From Hydrolagus affinis (lineage: Eukaryota): a stretch of DNA of 64,000 nt. Shown in pieces: positions 12,426 through 25,413 of the stretch; position 1 is the stretch's first letter, and every line of letters starts with the position of its first letter. Position numbers and translations under genes: made by a program. Below the pieces are notes generated by a model. It was given only the letters and a program-made list of their open reading frames with translations. It was not told the origin of the DNA and ran no database searches. The DNA lies in assembly GCA_012026655.1 (NCBI GenBank), contig JAAILG010000894.1, positions 1 through 64,000 on the forward strand, written 5' to 3'.

Positions 12426-15400
12426 TCATTTAGGGCTTCAGCTCTCGTGTATATTGCTGACACGGTCTCATTCATAATCTTCTTTTGCGTTGCAAACTGG
12501 CCAGGGCACAGTTGAGGGCTGTAACCCATTTGCAGAGCCAAACTTCCACACCTTCATGTAATCAGGTTAATTAGAAAATCTATCAAGCACGTTTTAATTG
12601 CAGCGGATATCAACATTACGTGATGCGTTGAATGATTCTTTCCAAAGGATCCTGATGTTTCCAGAAGTCGCATGTAAAATAATAATCCTGTCAGTTTTAC
12701 TTATTGCGAAACCTAATCAAAAAGGCAACAGTGCAAGATACCACCAAGGTTGAAATAGCTTTAATAGCTTTAAAAATCGTTTTTTTAAAAAAGCAATACC
12801 AATTTGTAGCTAATAACTGTATCTAAAATATTAATTATAGATTACCTCTGCAGGGAATATTTTTGAAGTTTAGGTGTGTCCTTACTCTTTTGGTTTCAAG
12901 TGAATTTCGATTTCACAGCTGACTGAGCTGTGGAAACTTGAATGCGAGTCTGTTCTAAGAATGGAAATCAATTACACACAATAGATCTATAAATGCATAA
13001 AGGAACTGAAATGTGCCGAGTCCCGTGCTTTCAAGCTATTGTTGATAGTAAGGACTCTTTGTTCCCATTTTACATTAAAAAAAAACTGAATTATTAAATG
13101 GTGTGGGCTGTCATCTTAATTCTATTGTGCTGAAAAAATGCCATGTCTCGTGACAGGGTTTCTAAACTATGAAATCTACTGATAGGGTATACGGTTGCAA
13201 AGGAAGATGAAATATCAAACCTCTTTATTGAGTGTTGGTTTGTTTTGCACAAACAAGGTTACTGCCAATGCAGTTCATGTGGAATTCAACCGCAGATTAA
13301 TTCAACTTTGTGCTTACGGGAAGCTATTTTGAGTAAATTAAACACATTTAAATTAGCTTATGCAGTCTCCCTTAATCCGATAACACAGACCTCATTTTAT
13401 GTTAATGTTTGATGCTTTGAATATTTACTTGCAGCTAATTTTGATCCAGGTTATGCACTCATTTTGCAATGAGACAATATATGTTACGCATTGCTCTGAA
13501 AAATCTGTTCAAGGTGACATAACACACAGATATAAAAAGATTGAGTAATAATTATGAATCGCTGTAGCATGGCATTTTATTATTGTTTGCTGCAAGCTCT
13601 TTGTTATCTTCAGGCTCTATATTCCCACAATGTTCATTTACACACTGCCAGGTTCAATATAATAGGCGTTTTTTGTTGTTTCATGAGTTACCAACATTTC
13701 CAAAGATATTAAAGGAGGCATTGATATCTGTGCCATGGATAACAGGAGACTAGGAAAAGTGGAACAGAAGCTGCATGTGACTGTTGCCATGGAGTTTCTG
13801 CCCAGTAGAGTGCGTGAGAAGAATATTTGGGAAAGTTTTGTACATGGGAGACCAAGCGAATTTTTTTTTAAATTGTCAGTGTTGCTGGGCGACCGTAAGA
13901 ACATGTACTGAAAGAGGGGTCTGTGAATGGGGCTCTGTCTTGTGAAAATGGTCAGACCTTAGCACAACTGTGACAAAAGAATTAGAAGTGTGTTTCAAAA
14001 ACCTTGATCTCTACAACTGTCCTTGGGAATTGAATAATAGATGCCATTATTAATAGCTGGCTGTTCTACGGGGCTTCAAAGTAGAAAGCATCGCCTTTTA
14101 TTCCTCCGTACTTACAAAGCCTCTTTAGTGGAAACACCCAACGGAATTCTGCAATGGGTTCCCTGCCGTTACTCAGTCCACTCAATTCAGCTTGAAAACC
14201 AGTCACTTTCTGCGACTATTGTTTGCAGGCAGCCATCAAAATGAACCTTTAAGGGGCAACACAAATGGGATAAAGTTCAGCCTCTGAATCAGAAAAAGAA
14301 TCTTTACTTTGAGAGCATTAGAAAATTAACACCTGATCCAGGGTTCCTTCCAGTTTTGCCACATTACAGCATTCAGTAACAGAAACTGACAGCACACTGC
14401 AAATGATCAGCAGCGTGAGAAAACAAATGTGATTTACGTTTTGAGGCGGATAAATATAATTTCACTGTTTTGAAGGGATAGGTTGTTGCCATCTCCAATT
14501 TCGATTAAAATTTGGTTCAGTAACAAAGTAGCCCTTATCGCATCGTACACACTTTGGTGAAAGGTTGCACTAGAAGCAGAAATCGACACATAGTGTATTT
14601 TCAATTTCCCTTCAGTAAAACAGTTATTTTTGGCACTTTTTCTTAAACAGGGTTAATTTTAGATCATTTTCATGACTAAGTCACTGTGCTACTGCACCAT
14701 GGGATATGTGTTCGTTCACTAATTCACTGTATGCTGGGGCTTTGATTGCATCAAGGGAACTGATGAATAAAAGGGAGCGAGATTGTCGCACAGATGAAGA
14801 AGGATGGCAATGGATGGCAATGTTACACCACCTCACACCCACTCTAGAGCAGAGTTGCCAGAGGCCTGGGAACAGGTCGCTTACCCACTGTCTCAGCCAA
14901 GATACAACACAGGAGATCAAAATGGAGGAAATTAATATTTAAATCCAGGAAGGAAGGAATGATAATATATTTAAGGATATACATAGTCATTTACCTAATG
15001 CTGAAGTAGCTTATCATTACTCTTTGTTTTTTGTGTTACCTGTGTATTTTACTGCAATATCAAAGATTAACCAGTCATCGTTTTGGGGGAAGATCACATT
15101 TACACACAAATACCTTGTTTATTATATACATTAAAAAAAACTATTCAGAGAGCATTTGTCAGGAACATTGAGGATATGCATTAGGCAGATTGTAATTAAA
15201 TGAAAGGAGGTCAGATTGCATTCTAAGTCACGAGAATGAATGAAAGGCTTGAATGTTTTATAAATTTTGTATGAACCCCCAAATGGGATTACTGCCAAGA
15301 AATTCCTTCATAGTATGTGTTTGCTTCTTCTGCACGAAACGCAAAGGATTTATCCGGTTTTGTGTCTATTTTTGTGCAATTTGCCATTATCAGTATAGAT

Positions 15401-16910
15401 AACTCTAAGTCAGAGAGCTCAAAGTCATTGATTCTGATAACATTCACACTGCAAAATTGACTGTGAAATCATTTCTACATGTTAATCACAAAATATTGTA
15501 AAATGAAGATTACCACCGATGATATAGGAAATTGCATTAGCTAAGGGGTGCTACATTTCAGGAAACAATAAATAATTTATTTGATGATCCGATCACTAAA
15601 GAGCTTCAATTAATCTGATTACTGTATTATTTATCTAACCTAATTTCAGTAGTTGACTGAGTCAGAAAACCTGAAATGCACTGCATGCTTATCTGCATTG
15701 CGTCATTGTAGCTTTTGTCTTCATGGCAGAAGGTATAAATATTGAAGATTAACTAACGGTCTTCCTTTACAGCTATACACGTGATTTAAGAATTTCTTCC
15801 ATTGATAATTTAGATAGTGAATTTGTCATTCAATGATAAATTTAAATGGTAGTGTTTTTTTTAAAAAAAACGAATTCAGGATATAGTTTTGTACATTCAT
15901 TTGCTCGTTATACAAAACGTTGCTTCAAAATCTGTCCTTATGTAGCTGCCTATCTTTACTATTTTTTATATATTACCATCACAATTAGCAAGGGCCATGA
16001 ATTTTCCTGTGGGCCACAAGCGCCCTCTCCTGCTTGAAGTATTTATAACTGCTACAAGCCCAATGTAAGGCCAATCGTAAGAGAACATTTCAGAGAGTGT
16101 AATGTGCAGGGAGGTACATCCTTGAACATTAGCTTTGGTAAATCTCAGTCACATTGACACTATCTCAAGTCCAATTTATTTCCCCCCCCAAGTCTGTAAA
16201 TTATGCACTGTTTTATCCTTGTAGCTGTGACCTTGTTAATGTTTTATGTCTACCTTTTGAAATGGAATTCTGGAATTTGGTAACTCTTGTCAACATTAGA
16301 TTTTTTTCACCCTTGTGCAAGGATTTGGTTATTTCAATCGCAATCATTCTGAGCAAAATTACTTCTGTGCTGGGATATGTAACCTCTATTATTTGTTTAT
16401 TTAAGCAGAGACAAAGAACTAAAGACATTTTTTCTTTGAGAATTTAATACTTGTACTGTTTTTATTTAAAAAAACGTATCTTCAGTCAAGATATAATTAA
16501 TAATCCTTGCATTTTTGTCCTTTCAATAAAGCTTAAATTACAACCAGCCAAAGGGATAAGGAAAATAAATGGAAGTCCATTTAAAGCACTATCACACCTC
16601 CTAGTGGCCAAAAGGAAAACGTTAACAAAGTGCTATATTGTCACACAAACCTCATTCCTGCCTTGTGCCAAAACAAAACTTTTGCATCTGCCTTCAAATA
16701 AATTAGAAGCATAGATTGAAAGGGCTGTGAAAATTGCACAAAGTCTATTCTCAATGAACCAGTTAAATATGCAGCTGCGGAGGGGTGTGGGAAGACATCC
16801 TGATTCAAATGATTTCTGCCATTCCTGCATTTCTTGATGTATTCCTGCTGTAGTGGCGGATGTCAGTTCTGAATCCTTTATAAGTTTTTAAAAAAAATTA
16901 CATAAAGATT

Positions 16911-17025
16911 AACGTTTCACCCACAAAATACAGCCACTCTACTCTACAGTGTATCCTGTGAAGCGCTTTAAGGAGTCTCAACAACATGATAAGGCGCTGT
17001 TTTAAAATGCAGGGATTATTATTGT
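16911..17025 (+). mobile_element. SINE 3' tail fragment
   Basis: gtttcacccacaaaata...ctgtgaagcgcttt...ataaggcgct...gattattatt. Confidence 0.7.
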
Positions 17026-17402
17026 TGTTGACACTCAAGGGTTGTTCTATTCCATTACTCGGAAACACGGCCAAGATACTAAAGCAATCATTCTAGTCAC
17101 AATTATTGCTCTCATGATAAAGTGCAGGACTCCATAAACCTGTGAAAAGACTGTTTAATAAACAATAGTTTGATCCAACAACTAGTGCCAGAATGCTTTA
17201 AAAAAGTTAAATTATCATACTCTTTCTGTTGCTTTATTGGTGATTATATTTTTATAGATGTGCACTCCACACTGGAAAGACACTTGAGTAAATGAATCCA
17301 AGAGATTCTGGTAACACGACTCGTGCAAAGTAAGGCTGCCCTCAGACGGCTGCCTTCAGTTATTTTCACTTGTCTCATTTCTCTTAGGAGATAAAAGGAG
17401 AA

Positions 17403-17560
17403 AATAATAATAATCCTTGCATTTGATATAGCACTTTTCACATCTTATTGACATCTCAAAGCGCTTCACAGAATATACTGTAAAGTGAATTGACTGTATA
17501 TTTATGGGCAAAACGCGGCAGCCAATTGTGCACAGCAGCCGTGGATTGAAATGACCAATT
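17403..17560 (-). mobile_element. SINE 3' half
   Basis: aataataatccttgcatttgatatagcacttttcacatc...aagcgcttcacagaatatactgtaaagtgaattgactg. Confidence 0.85.
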
Positions 17561-17849
17561 TTTTATATCCACTATATGGACATTTTTCTATAAATGTATC
17601 CAAATACATATGGAAAAAGGGTCCAATAAAATAAGGAAATATGTATTTAAAATCTTTTTTTTCATCTACCAAAGGGAAGCCTTTATTTCTGGGATGTAGA
17701 ATTCTTTAGCCAAACGATTATAACACACAAGTCCTTGGACCTTTCAGGAGGTAGAATTTCCTGTTCAAACAAATCTCATGGCTGAATAGAAAGATCCCGA
17801 ATGATGATGTTAGCAAATAAATGTTTCAGAGTGTTCAGAGTGCTTATTA

Positions 17850-18000
17850 AATAAGCATCCAGCGTGGAGGGCGCTATATAAATCAAAGTTGTTGTTTCGC
17901 CCACAAATTCATAGCCCATCCACCTTACAGTATATCCTGAAAAGCACTTTTGAGACATCTTGACCACAAGATAAGGCGCCATATCAAATACAACGATTAA
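17850..18000 (+). mobile_element. L2-type tail immediately followed by a SINE tail
   Basis: ggagggcgctatataaatcaaagttgttgtt then tcgcccacaaat...ataaggcgccatatcaaatac. Confidence 0.65.
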
Positions 18001-19119
18001 AATTGTACATTTGCAAATAATGCACAGTGTAACTGTACAATTTAACTCAGCTATTAATTGCTGCTTATTAAAATGAGAATTTTTATTATACGTCACAGTG
18101 CAAGCAGATCAGAAATACATTAAATAATGCAAAGAAAAACAGGCTCAGACTTGTGTTCTTATGGGATTTTATTTGCAAGATGTTACCCTTCTGGTGTATT
18201 CGAATGATCATGGCATCAAAACACTGAATTGCATTTCGCGCAGTCAATACACACAAAGGACATGCATTTAGATTGAAGAAAATATTTGAAAGTGTTAAAT
18301 TAATCCAAATTCAGGATAGAGCGGACACTCTGAACCCTGTTTGGTAAGGAGTGCTTAAATACAGAACATTACATTTTTCTTCAGATATATGAGAAAACAT
18401 GTGCTTTGTTTGGAAGTAGCCAAAATCATATTTCAGCAAAGGCAAGTTGACAACACACTACTGTTTTATTTATTGCTGTGCAAAAAAAAAATCAGTACCT
18501 ACTGAAACCTTTATACAGTACTGTAATTGGAGCGATATAACATCCAAACTAAATCTTGATCATGCAAAACAAGTTCTCATAAAATACATAAATCCATGAT
18601 ATGTTTCAAGTAACTGCTCAATTTCTATGAATATCGTTCTACCTCATATTACAATACCTGATAATGGGCTAAGCAGCTTCCACCCATGACAAGGTGCAAG
18701 TTTAATCATTTCTTCATTTGAATGTTTGTGACAGTTCTGGATTTTTGACTTTTTTTTCCTACACTAGGTGGAAGTAATCTTCTTTGGCATGTGAGGTCAT
18801 GAATTTTAGTTATAATGAAACCATACAGCATCTAATCTTATTTAGTATCAATGCTGATAAATGAAAACTGTCATACAATTATTCTGGAGGAACTCAACAT
18901 TCTGCTTGTAGGCATTTCTGTCAAATTTGGTATTTCACAAATATTTCACTATTTATTCTAAGTAAATTAGTTAGGACAATTTTTATTTAAAACATTTATT
19001 CTGGGTTCCAAGTCTTGGTTGTGCAGTACTACAAATGACTGCTTGGGGCATCCAAAATATGGCCTAATATTAGAGATGTAAAGAACAGATGTTTTACTTT
19101 TATTGGACTACTATTTCTT

Positions 19120-19220
19120 AGTGCCATATTGAAGATAATAAATGGGTTTGATAGACTAAATGATGAGGGATTATTTCCATTGATAGGCAATTCAAGGGCA
19201 AGAGGCCATGAATTCAAGAT
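19120..19220 (+). mobile_element. CR1 LINE ORF2 C-terminal fragment
   Basis: Translates KIINGFDRLNDEGLFPLIGNSRARGHEFK, typical of the CR1 ORF2 end (K..KG.D.......F......TRGH..K). Confidence 0.75.
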
Positions 19221-19550
19221 GATAATCCCCACATTTGATATCTTGCATTATCACATCTCAAGGCGCTTCACAGGATCTTACTGTGAACTTAAAGCCAATG
19301 CTTTTGTAGGCAAACGCAGCACCCAGTTTGAGCATATCAATGACTACCAACAATCATGAATTTATGACCAATTCTATCTAGGGAATCGTTGGTCAGGACA
19401 CTGGGAGAAACTCCTTTTGAAATAATGCCATGGGATCTTTAACGCTCACCCGAAAAGGCAGATTAGACCTTGATGTAGCATTATACATGGAGGACAGACC
19501 TCCAAGAAATTAGCCCTCCCCAACACTACATTAGAGTTTTGGTCTAGATT
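19221..19550 (-). mobile_element. Old DeuSINE-type element (SacSINE1/AmnSINE1-like Deu domain)
   Basis: ggtcaggacactgggagaaactcc...aataatgccatgggatctttaacgctcacc resembles the reverse complement of the Deu domain as I recall it; tail related to the young SINE. Confidence 0.65.
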
Positions 19551-22500
19551 TAACAAGTTCAAAACATTTTGTTCTGCCAGTGGATTTTCAAAATATGGAA
19601 ACATATGCTAGGGGTGGGTGTTAGAGAAGTTGACTGGTGGCATTTAAAAGGAAATAAATGAGCCTTAACGATAGGGAATCGAGTTTAGGATAGCTTCATT
19701 GGAGAACCAAAGACACTAATATAAAAGATTTCTATGGTTTAATGGTGATCTAAACCCATTGTAATATCAACACCTAACTGATTCATTGCAAAATTCAGGC
19801 AAAATAATGGAAATTGATAATTGGAAAACAGAATTATTTTGCATATTTTGTGCTGGCAGTTAATTACTTTTCCAATCAAATTTCAGGTAAAAATTTAAAT
19901 TTATTCTATGGCAGTAATGTACTCCATCCTACGAATATAGCAATAGATGGTAGGTTACTGTGATCAAATCATTATGATACAGAGTTTCATTTTGCTGCAT
20001 GAGGCACAATGCACCTCCGCTCACTTTCATTAAAATTAAGGCACTCTTTCCACTCAGACTACAATATATCATTTTCAGGCTTAACCTGGGGATGAAACAC
20101 AATGTGGACCTGATCGAGCACTATTAGTATGATCAATTAGCTGTTACGTAAAGAAAGCATTTATCCCTTGCAACTAAGAAACAAAATATGCAAATGCAAC
20201 TTTAGTATTGCTGTGCATATGTGGTTCAAAATGTCACAGGGGAAAAAAATAACTTAAAGCTTTTTTATTTGCAGCTTACAAAGCAAATAGGTCGCTTCAT
20301 ACATACTGTAGTTTTACTTGCACAACTGAAAGGAATGTGTATAAATGAGAATAGGCATCTAGATCCTCAGTACTATTTCCTCTCTTTTAATACTTCAAAC
20401 TTTTCATTCAAAGAAACTTCAGTGCAGTTCTTCTCATGGTCACTTCAATCAAGACGTGAATCCTCAACGAGATTACAATACTTTTCTTATGCTAAAAATA
20501 TCATACACACAGAGAAGGCCAATAGAATATAACTCTTATTTGCATATTTTGTTCAGCGATAACATTAATCAGAAACCAAAGGGAACTCATCAGCCTTCTT
20601 TTGCTTATACACAATAATGCAATGGTGATGAGAAGGTTAAGGCACAGTTACAACAGTAAATTAACAGTGCCAAATGGGTGTTGTTCACTGGTACACTACA
20701 ACATATATGCATTGAACTATCAAAGAATTATTAAAGTACTATTTAACATGTACAATTGAAATGACAGAAAGAATGGAATACTACAGAATATCAGCAGTAA
20801 CTAAAAACTAAGTGTACAATTTATGTCCGAGGATAACTAAAAGTACCAGGGGAATAAATGTCAACATTATTCAATGTAACCTAGGATTTAACCTAGACAG
20901 CTTTACTGTTGGGTGTTGGTAAACAAGTAGAGTAGGAATTAAATTATTTAAAATTAACATTTCCAAATAATTAATAATGAACTCTTTTGTTAAGAGGTAG
21001 ACTGGATGGTTGATAAATCCAGCATTTTGTCTATTCTTACTTAATCTTTGATTACTACTGATCTGAAAGTATCCATTTAGAGATTGTATAGAAGACTAGT
21101 GTATCAAACATACGCTGGTGCTTATTCGACTAAAGCAAACTCAGAATCCCCATTTCCTATACACATTATCCAGTGGGGTTATGCTCTCAGTCTCAACAGC
21201 TAGTTGCACCAAAGCATTCCATACTTTTAATTTTAATTAAATTAAAAGTGTGAAAACTTCTTCCTCAACTCTTCCTGTGGCAATCCTGAATTGATGCTCC
21301 TTTGTTAACAACCAATGGGGCTTTCACTATTCCTCTCGAAATCTTTCAGCATTTACAAATGAATCATTAGATTCCACTTAAGCTTTCACCGAACACAGCT
21401 CTACATTTCTAGCCTATCCTCACAACGATAACATCTGGTCCCTGGTAACATCCATATGCATCTAAACTGTGTAACCGTAGTGGCCAACCCATGGTCAGCA
21501 GACCAAAAGTGGCTCTGTCAGTCTTTGTTAAATCAATATTTTGTTTCCAGCAGCGACTGAGTAACGAGGTTTATGGTGTAACCAGAAATCAAGAAGTACT
21601 CAATTAAGAAAAATTTATTTGGTTAGCCGACCAAAAACCTTGCCACTGTTCTGATGCCCTTTCTATAATGGGTTACCAAGAACTCAGTGCACTACTTCAA
21701 ACTGTAGCTTAACCAACGTTTTGTGTAAACCTCCCGACCAAGCATGAACTTTAGAAAAAAAGGGAGTTGTATGAAGCAGTCTTCGTTTCACTCTCAGTTT
21801 GGGTGAGCTGTCCATCATATCCCCAAATACGGTGTGAAAAAAAATACATCTACAAGTTGTAAAGCAAAGATACTCCTCTTGTGGAGTTTATTAATTATTA
21901 TTAGGTACCATTCAAACTGAAGATTGTACGTTTGGATGCCTTGAAGTAAACCTCTTTGGTGGTGGTTATAAATATGTTGTGGTACAGCCAGGCCTCAGCC
22001 TTCAAAACAGAAAGTCATAGACACAACATACGTGTATGACAAAAGCATTCACTCTACCTAACAAAATAGAGCAATTATTTAATCATGTGCTAACTAGTTC
22101 TGCATCATTCATCTCTTTTGTACTTAATTTTTCTCATTATTTAATCTAGCTACACAACAATAGAGACAGGTAGATGTACAACTTATTGGTGCCCTGTATT
22201 ACAAACTATGAGACCTAAATTTAACTTCAGATGTGGCATACACCAGGTTTTATCAGTCACTATATGAGGCGAAATGCCTAAACCCACAGAATGAAAAGCA
22301 AGAATAAAGGTTCCTCAGAGTTCTGCAGCAATTCATACTTGGTAACTGAAAGTTTTTAAAACTATACTCATTTTCCCATATTCCAGAAAAATATGGAGAG
22401 GAAAACACAAATATACACCGGGACCTGAAATGCATGAACATATGCATGGATCATAATTTACAGTTGTCGTTTGGGGTTTTTCCCAACAAACGTACAACTA

Positions 22501-22821
22501 ACCAGACTGGAAACAATGCAATTAGGCAGCAGATATAAGGTCTCTGGCACTGCAATCAATGTGTATGTATATATAAATATATTATGCACACAATATATAT
22601 TTGTATACATACTATCATAACTGCAAATTTCTAAAGGAAACTTACTATTCCAGAATGGTCCAGGTATATTCGACACATAAGCCTAAAATATGAAATCTAC
22701 TCTGCCTTAAATTGCAAGAATATAGCAATCTAAAATAATTCTGATATGTCATTACAAAAAGTGCAAAGCATGAGAGTCACATAAAGGCATAAAAGCCACA
22801 CCACATGTATTAAATGGTTAC

Positions 22822-24168
22822 TCAGTATTCCCATTCATCTGTTTTCATGTCTAGGTAGGAAAGAATATTCTGAGCAAATTTAACTGCTTGTTTTCTGGCA
22901 ACTTTAGCCCCAGCATTCCCATGAGTTTCGATGGCATCAAGTGTAAGAAGTTGCTTTGTGAGCATTTCTTCGAGTCTTTTATAATTCTTATCATTTCGGA
23001 TTCCATCAAAAGACAGCACTTCTCTCTGATGTACTGACAGGTGGTGCAGTACTTGCCAAACAGCTTTCTGTGAAGGATGTTCCTCTTGACCCTGTTGATC
23101 TAAGCTCTCTCTCTTCGCAAGGGCCTCCTTTAGGTCAACATAAGCAATCACAGACTGTACTTCGACTACTGATCTTCTCCTTGCTTCACGAATGCATGGA
23201 TTTTTACCAATATTGACTTGATCCAACTGAGTAAGAAATCCTTGCAGCTGTGCCTTTGGTTTGAAATAGAGATCAGAGGCATTTTCCGACTTGAGGAGTT
23301 GCTTTTTCAATTCGGTCAATCTTTCACGGATACCCTCTATCTGTCTGATAGAAACATTTTGCGCTAAATCATAACGACCCGCAGATTCTCCCTCGGACTC
23401 CATCTCCAAGTGTTCCAAAAAGCAGTTGATTTCATGAACCACGCGTTTTCGGTAGTTTCTCACCTCCATATTTCCAGTCACATCCACAGCATCTAACTGC
23501 ATCAACAATCCTGTGAGAACACGGGACAGATGTGCACAGTTCTCCAAGTTGTTCAGCCCCATAAGCAGCCCAATCACATCCCACCTTGCTTTACTGACTT
23601 CGCATAAAACAGAGTTAATTTTGGAGACTCCTGGGTGCGTATTCGAAGATAGAGGCAAAGCCAAGGCTTGCCGACCCATGCAGTATTCAATGATGTCCTG
23701 CACAGCGCAGATCCTAGTCAAAGCTCGGTACCTGGCTTTTCTTAAACCAAGTCTCCCTTCAGTTTTTACTTGCGTTAGTTGAAATATGATTTCTTGGATG
23801 TGATCAGCAAAATCTTCAGTTATCAAGCCTTCTGTTGGAGATAGCTCTCTGGTAACCAATTGCTGTGCTTCACTAAAGATCTTAGCTACCCTTAATCGAG
23901 ATGGATGATTTGCAATTTGCTCCAGCTCTTTCAGCAGTTCTTCCACATTCTTTGCTGCTAATTTGCGGGCATGCTGGATATTAGTCTTTCCATCAGTATC
24001 TACTGCATCTAACTCGAACAGAAACCTTGTCAAAACACTTTCCAGATGCTTATATTCTTTATCAGACTTGATACCGCTGAAAGAAGCCACATGTTGCCTA
24101 GATTCAGGAATTTCCTTCTGAATCTCTTCGATTCTAATCATGGAAGGATGTTGCTGACCCATGGCCAT
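22822..24168 (-). CDS. BAG5: BAG family molecular chaperone regulator 5, single coding exon, 448 aa
   Basis: Repeated BAG domains (LxxLDxVDTxG...ARK), N-terminus MAMGQQHP, C-terminus KTDEWEY; splice acceptor ttttgttttcatttcAG at 24202-24201, 32 nt upstream of the ATG; synteny with COA8 and KLC1. Confidence 0.97.
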   Translation of the reverse strand: MAMGQQHPSMIRIEEIQKEIPESRQHVASFSGIKSDKEYKHLESVLTRFLFELDAVDTDGKTNIQHARKLAAKNVEELLKELEQIANHPSRLRVAKIFSEAQQLVTRELSPTEGLITEDFADHIQEIIFQLTQVKTEGRLGLRKARYRALTRICAVQDIIEYCMGRQALALPLSSNTHPGVSKINSVLCEVSKARWDVIGLLMGLNNLENCAHLSRVLTGLLMQLDAVDVTGNMEVRNYRKRVVHEINCFLEHLEMESEGESAGRYDLAQNVSIRQIEGIRERLTELKKQLLKSENASDLYFKPKAQLQGFLTQLDQVNIGKNPCIREARRRSVVEVQSVIAYVDLKEALAKRESLDQQGQEEHPSQKAVWQVLHHLSVHQREVLSFDGIRNDKNYKRLEEMLTKQLLTLDAIETHGNAGAKVARKQAVKFAQNILSYLDMKTDEWEY

Positions 24169-24849
24169 AGTATTCTTCCCCCTAAAGATTCATTGTAGTT
24201 CTGAAATGAAAACAAAACACATTTGTTACAGGTCATCTTTTGAGCTTCAAAGCAAAACTTTACCACCAAAAGTTCTAGCAATGAGGAGTTAGGAAACAAT
24301 AAAGAGCATCAGAAATGTTCCGATTTGTAAAAACACTCCATGCCAACCTCTTCATTCATTAGACATGAAAGTACTTGTAACCTTTATCAGGATTGCCATT
24401 TCACTGATGAATGGATGATAGAAATTGTTATGTCAACAGTACATTATGCCCATATGCTATTCTAAATGCCTAATGATTTTTAAACAAATCATTTAATATA
24501 CTGCTGGATTCCGCAAAAGAATAACTAGGAAATAACTATGTCAGAGCGGCATGTTGAACCTGTCCAATGCATTACATATTCTACCAGGAGAGATGATACA
24601 ATAAGATGCTGGAATAGCATATTAATAATTCCTTTATTGAATTATAAGTGTTCTCTTCACAAAGGAATCAGTCCCCTTGCTCCTTTTCGCCTCCAAGTGG
24701 TAAATTTAGGAATGCCATTAATGAAGACTCAAAATCTTGTCACCCACCAACTAACAACAACTGGGCATCTGATTCAAGAAAGGAAATAAATAAAAATATA
24801 TATTTTTAAAAATGCCACGCTATTTTACAGGGTTAAACAGAGTTATACA

Positions 24850-25413
24850 TAATAATAATCCTTGCATTGGATATAGCGCTTTTCAAGTCTTCTAGACATC
24901 TCAAAGCGCTTCACAGAATATAGCATAAAGTGAATTGACTGTATATTTGTGGGCAAGATGCAGCAGTGAATTGAGCACAGTAAGTAAGTAATCCTTAAGT
25001 TTATATAGCGCTTTCCACGTCTTATCGAAGTCCCAAAGTGCTTCACAGAGTTTGGGGAAGGAAAGTAGGAAAGTTAACTGTACATTTGTGGACGAAAACG
25101 CGGCAGCCAAATTGAGCAAAGCAGTGTCCCACAAACAGTCGTGAAAATAGGGCCAGGGGAGAAAGGGGGAAAAGAGGAAAGGGTGAGAGGAAGACGCCCG
25201 CCTGGACACCTTCAAAAATGGTGAGAAAACAGGGAAAACAGCAGTGTCCCACAAACATTTGTGGTTTAAAATGACCACATTTTTTTTTGAGGATTATTAG
25301 GAGTGTGGAGTAAGGAAACTTGCCCAAGGTTTCGCCTTGACCTGCGTGGAATTGAACCCAGGTCTCTCGCTTGTAAGGCAAGTGCTCTGACCACTGAGCT
25401 ACAGGACTCCACA
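24850..25413 (-). mobile_element. Full-length SINE interrupted by a nested element at 24981-25237
   Basis: Tail at 24850-24980; body and head at 25238-25413 ending ...accactgagctacaggactccac. Confidence 0.85.

Noticed and set aside
1-22000. Short ORFs of 60-110 aa in the first 22 kb, as a possible upstream gene (TRMT61A/CKB expected by synteny)
   Set aside because: No recognisable protein motifs and no phase-consistent exon chain; many ORFs overlap SINEs or simple repeats. A lncRNA or enhancers cannot be excluded.
18160-22820. BAG5 poly(A) site
   Set aside because: Several minus-strand AATAAA candidates (about 18168, 18465, 20264, 21614, 21887); cannot choose without transcript data
23513-23782. 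Antisense ORF over BAG5 (similarly 44542-44841, 46932-47315 and 51618-51812 over KLC1)
   Set aside because: Shadow ORFs of real coding exons
25340-25413. tRNA-like sequences with A and B boxes
   Set aside because: SINE heads attached to SINE bodies, without an intact cloverleaf; not tRNA genes
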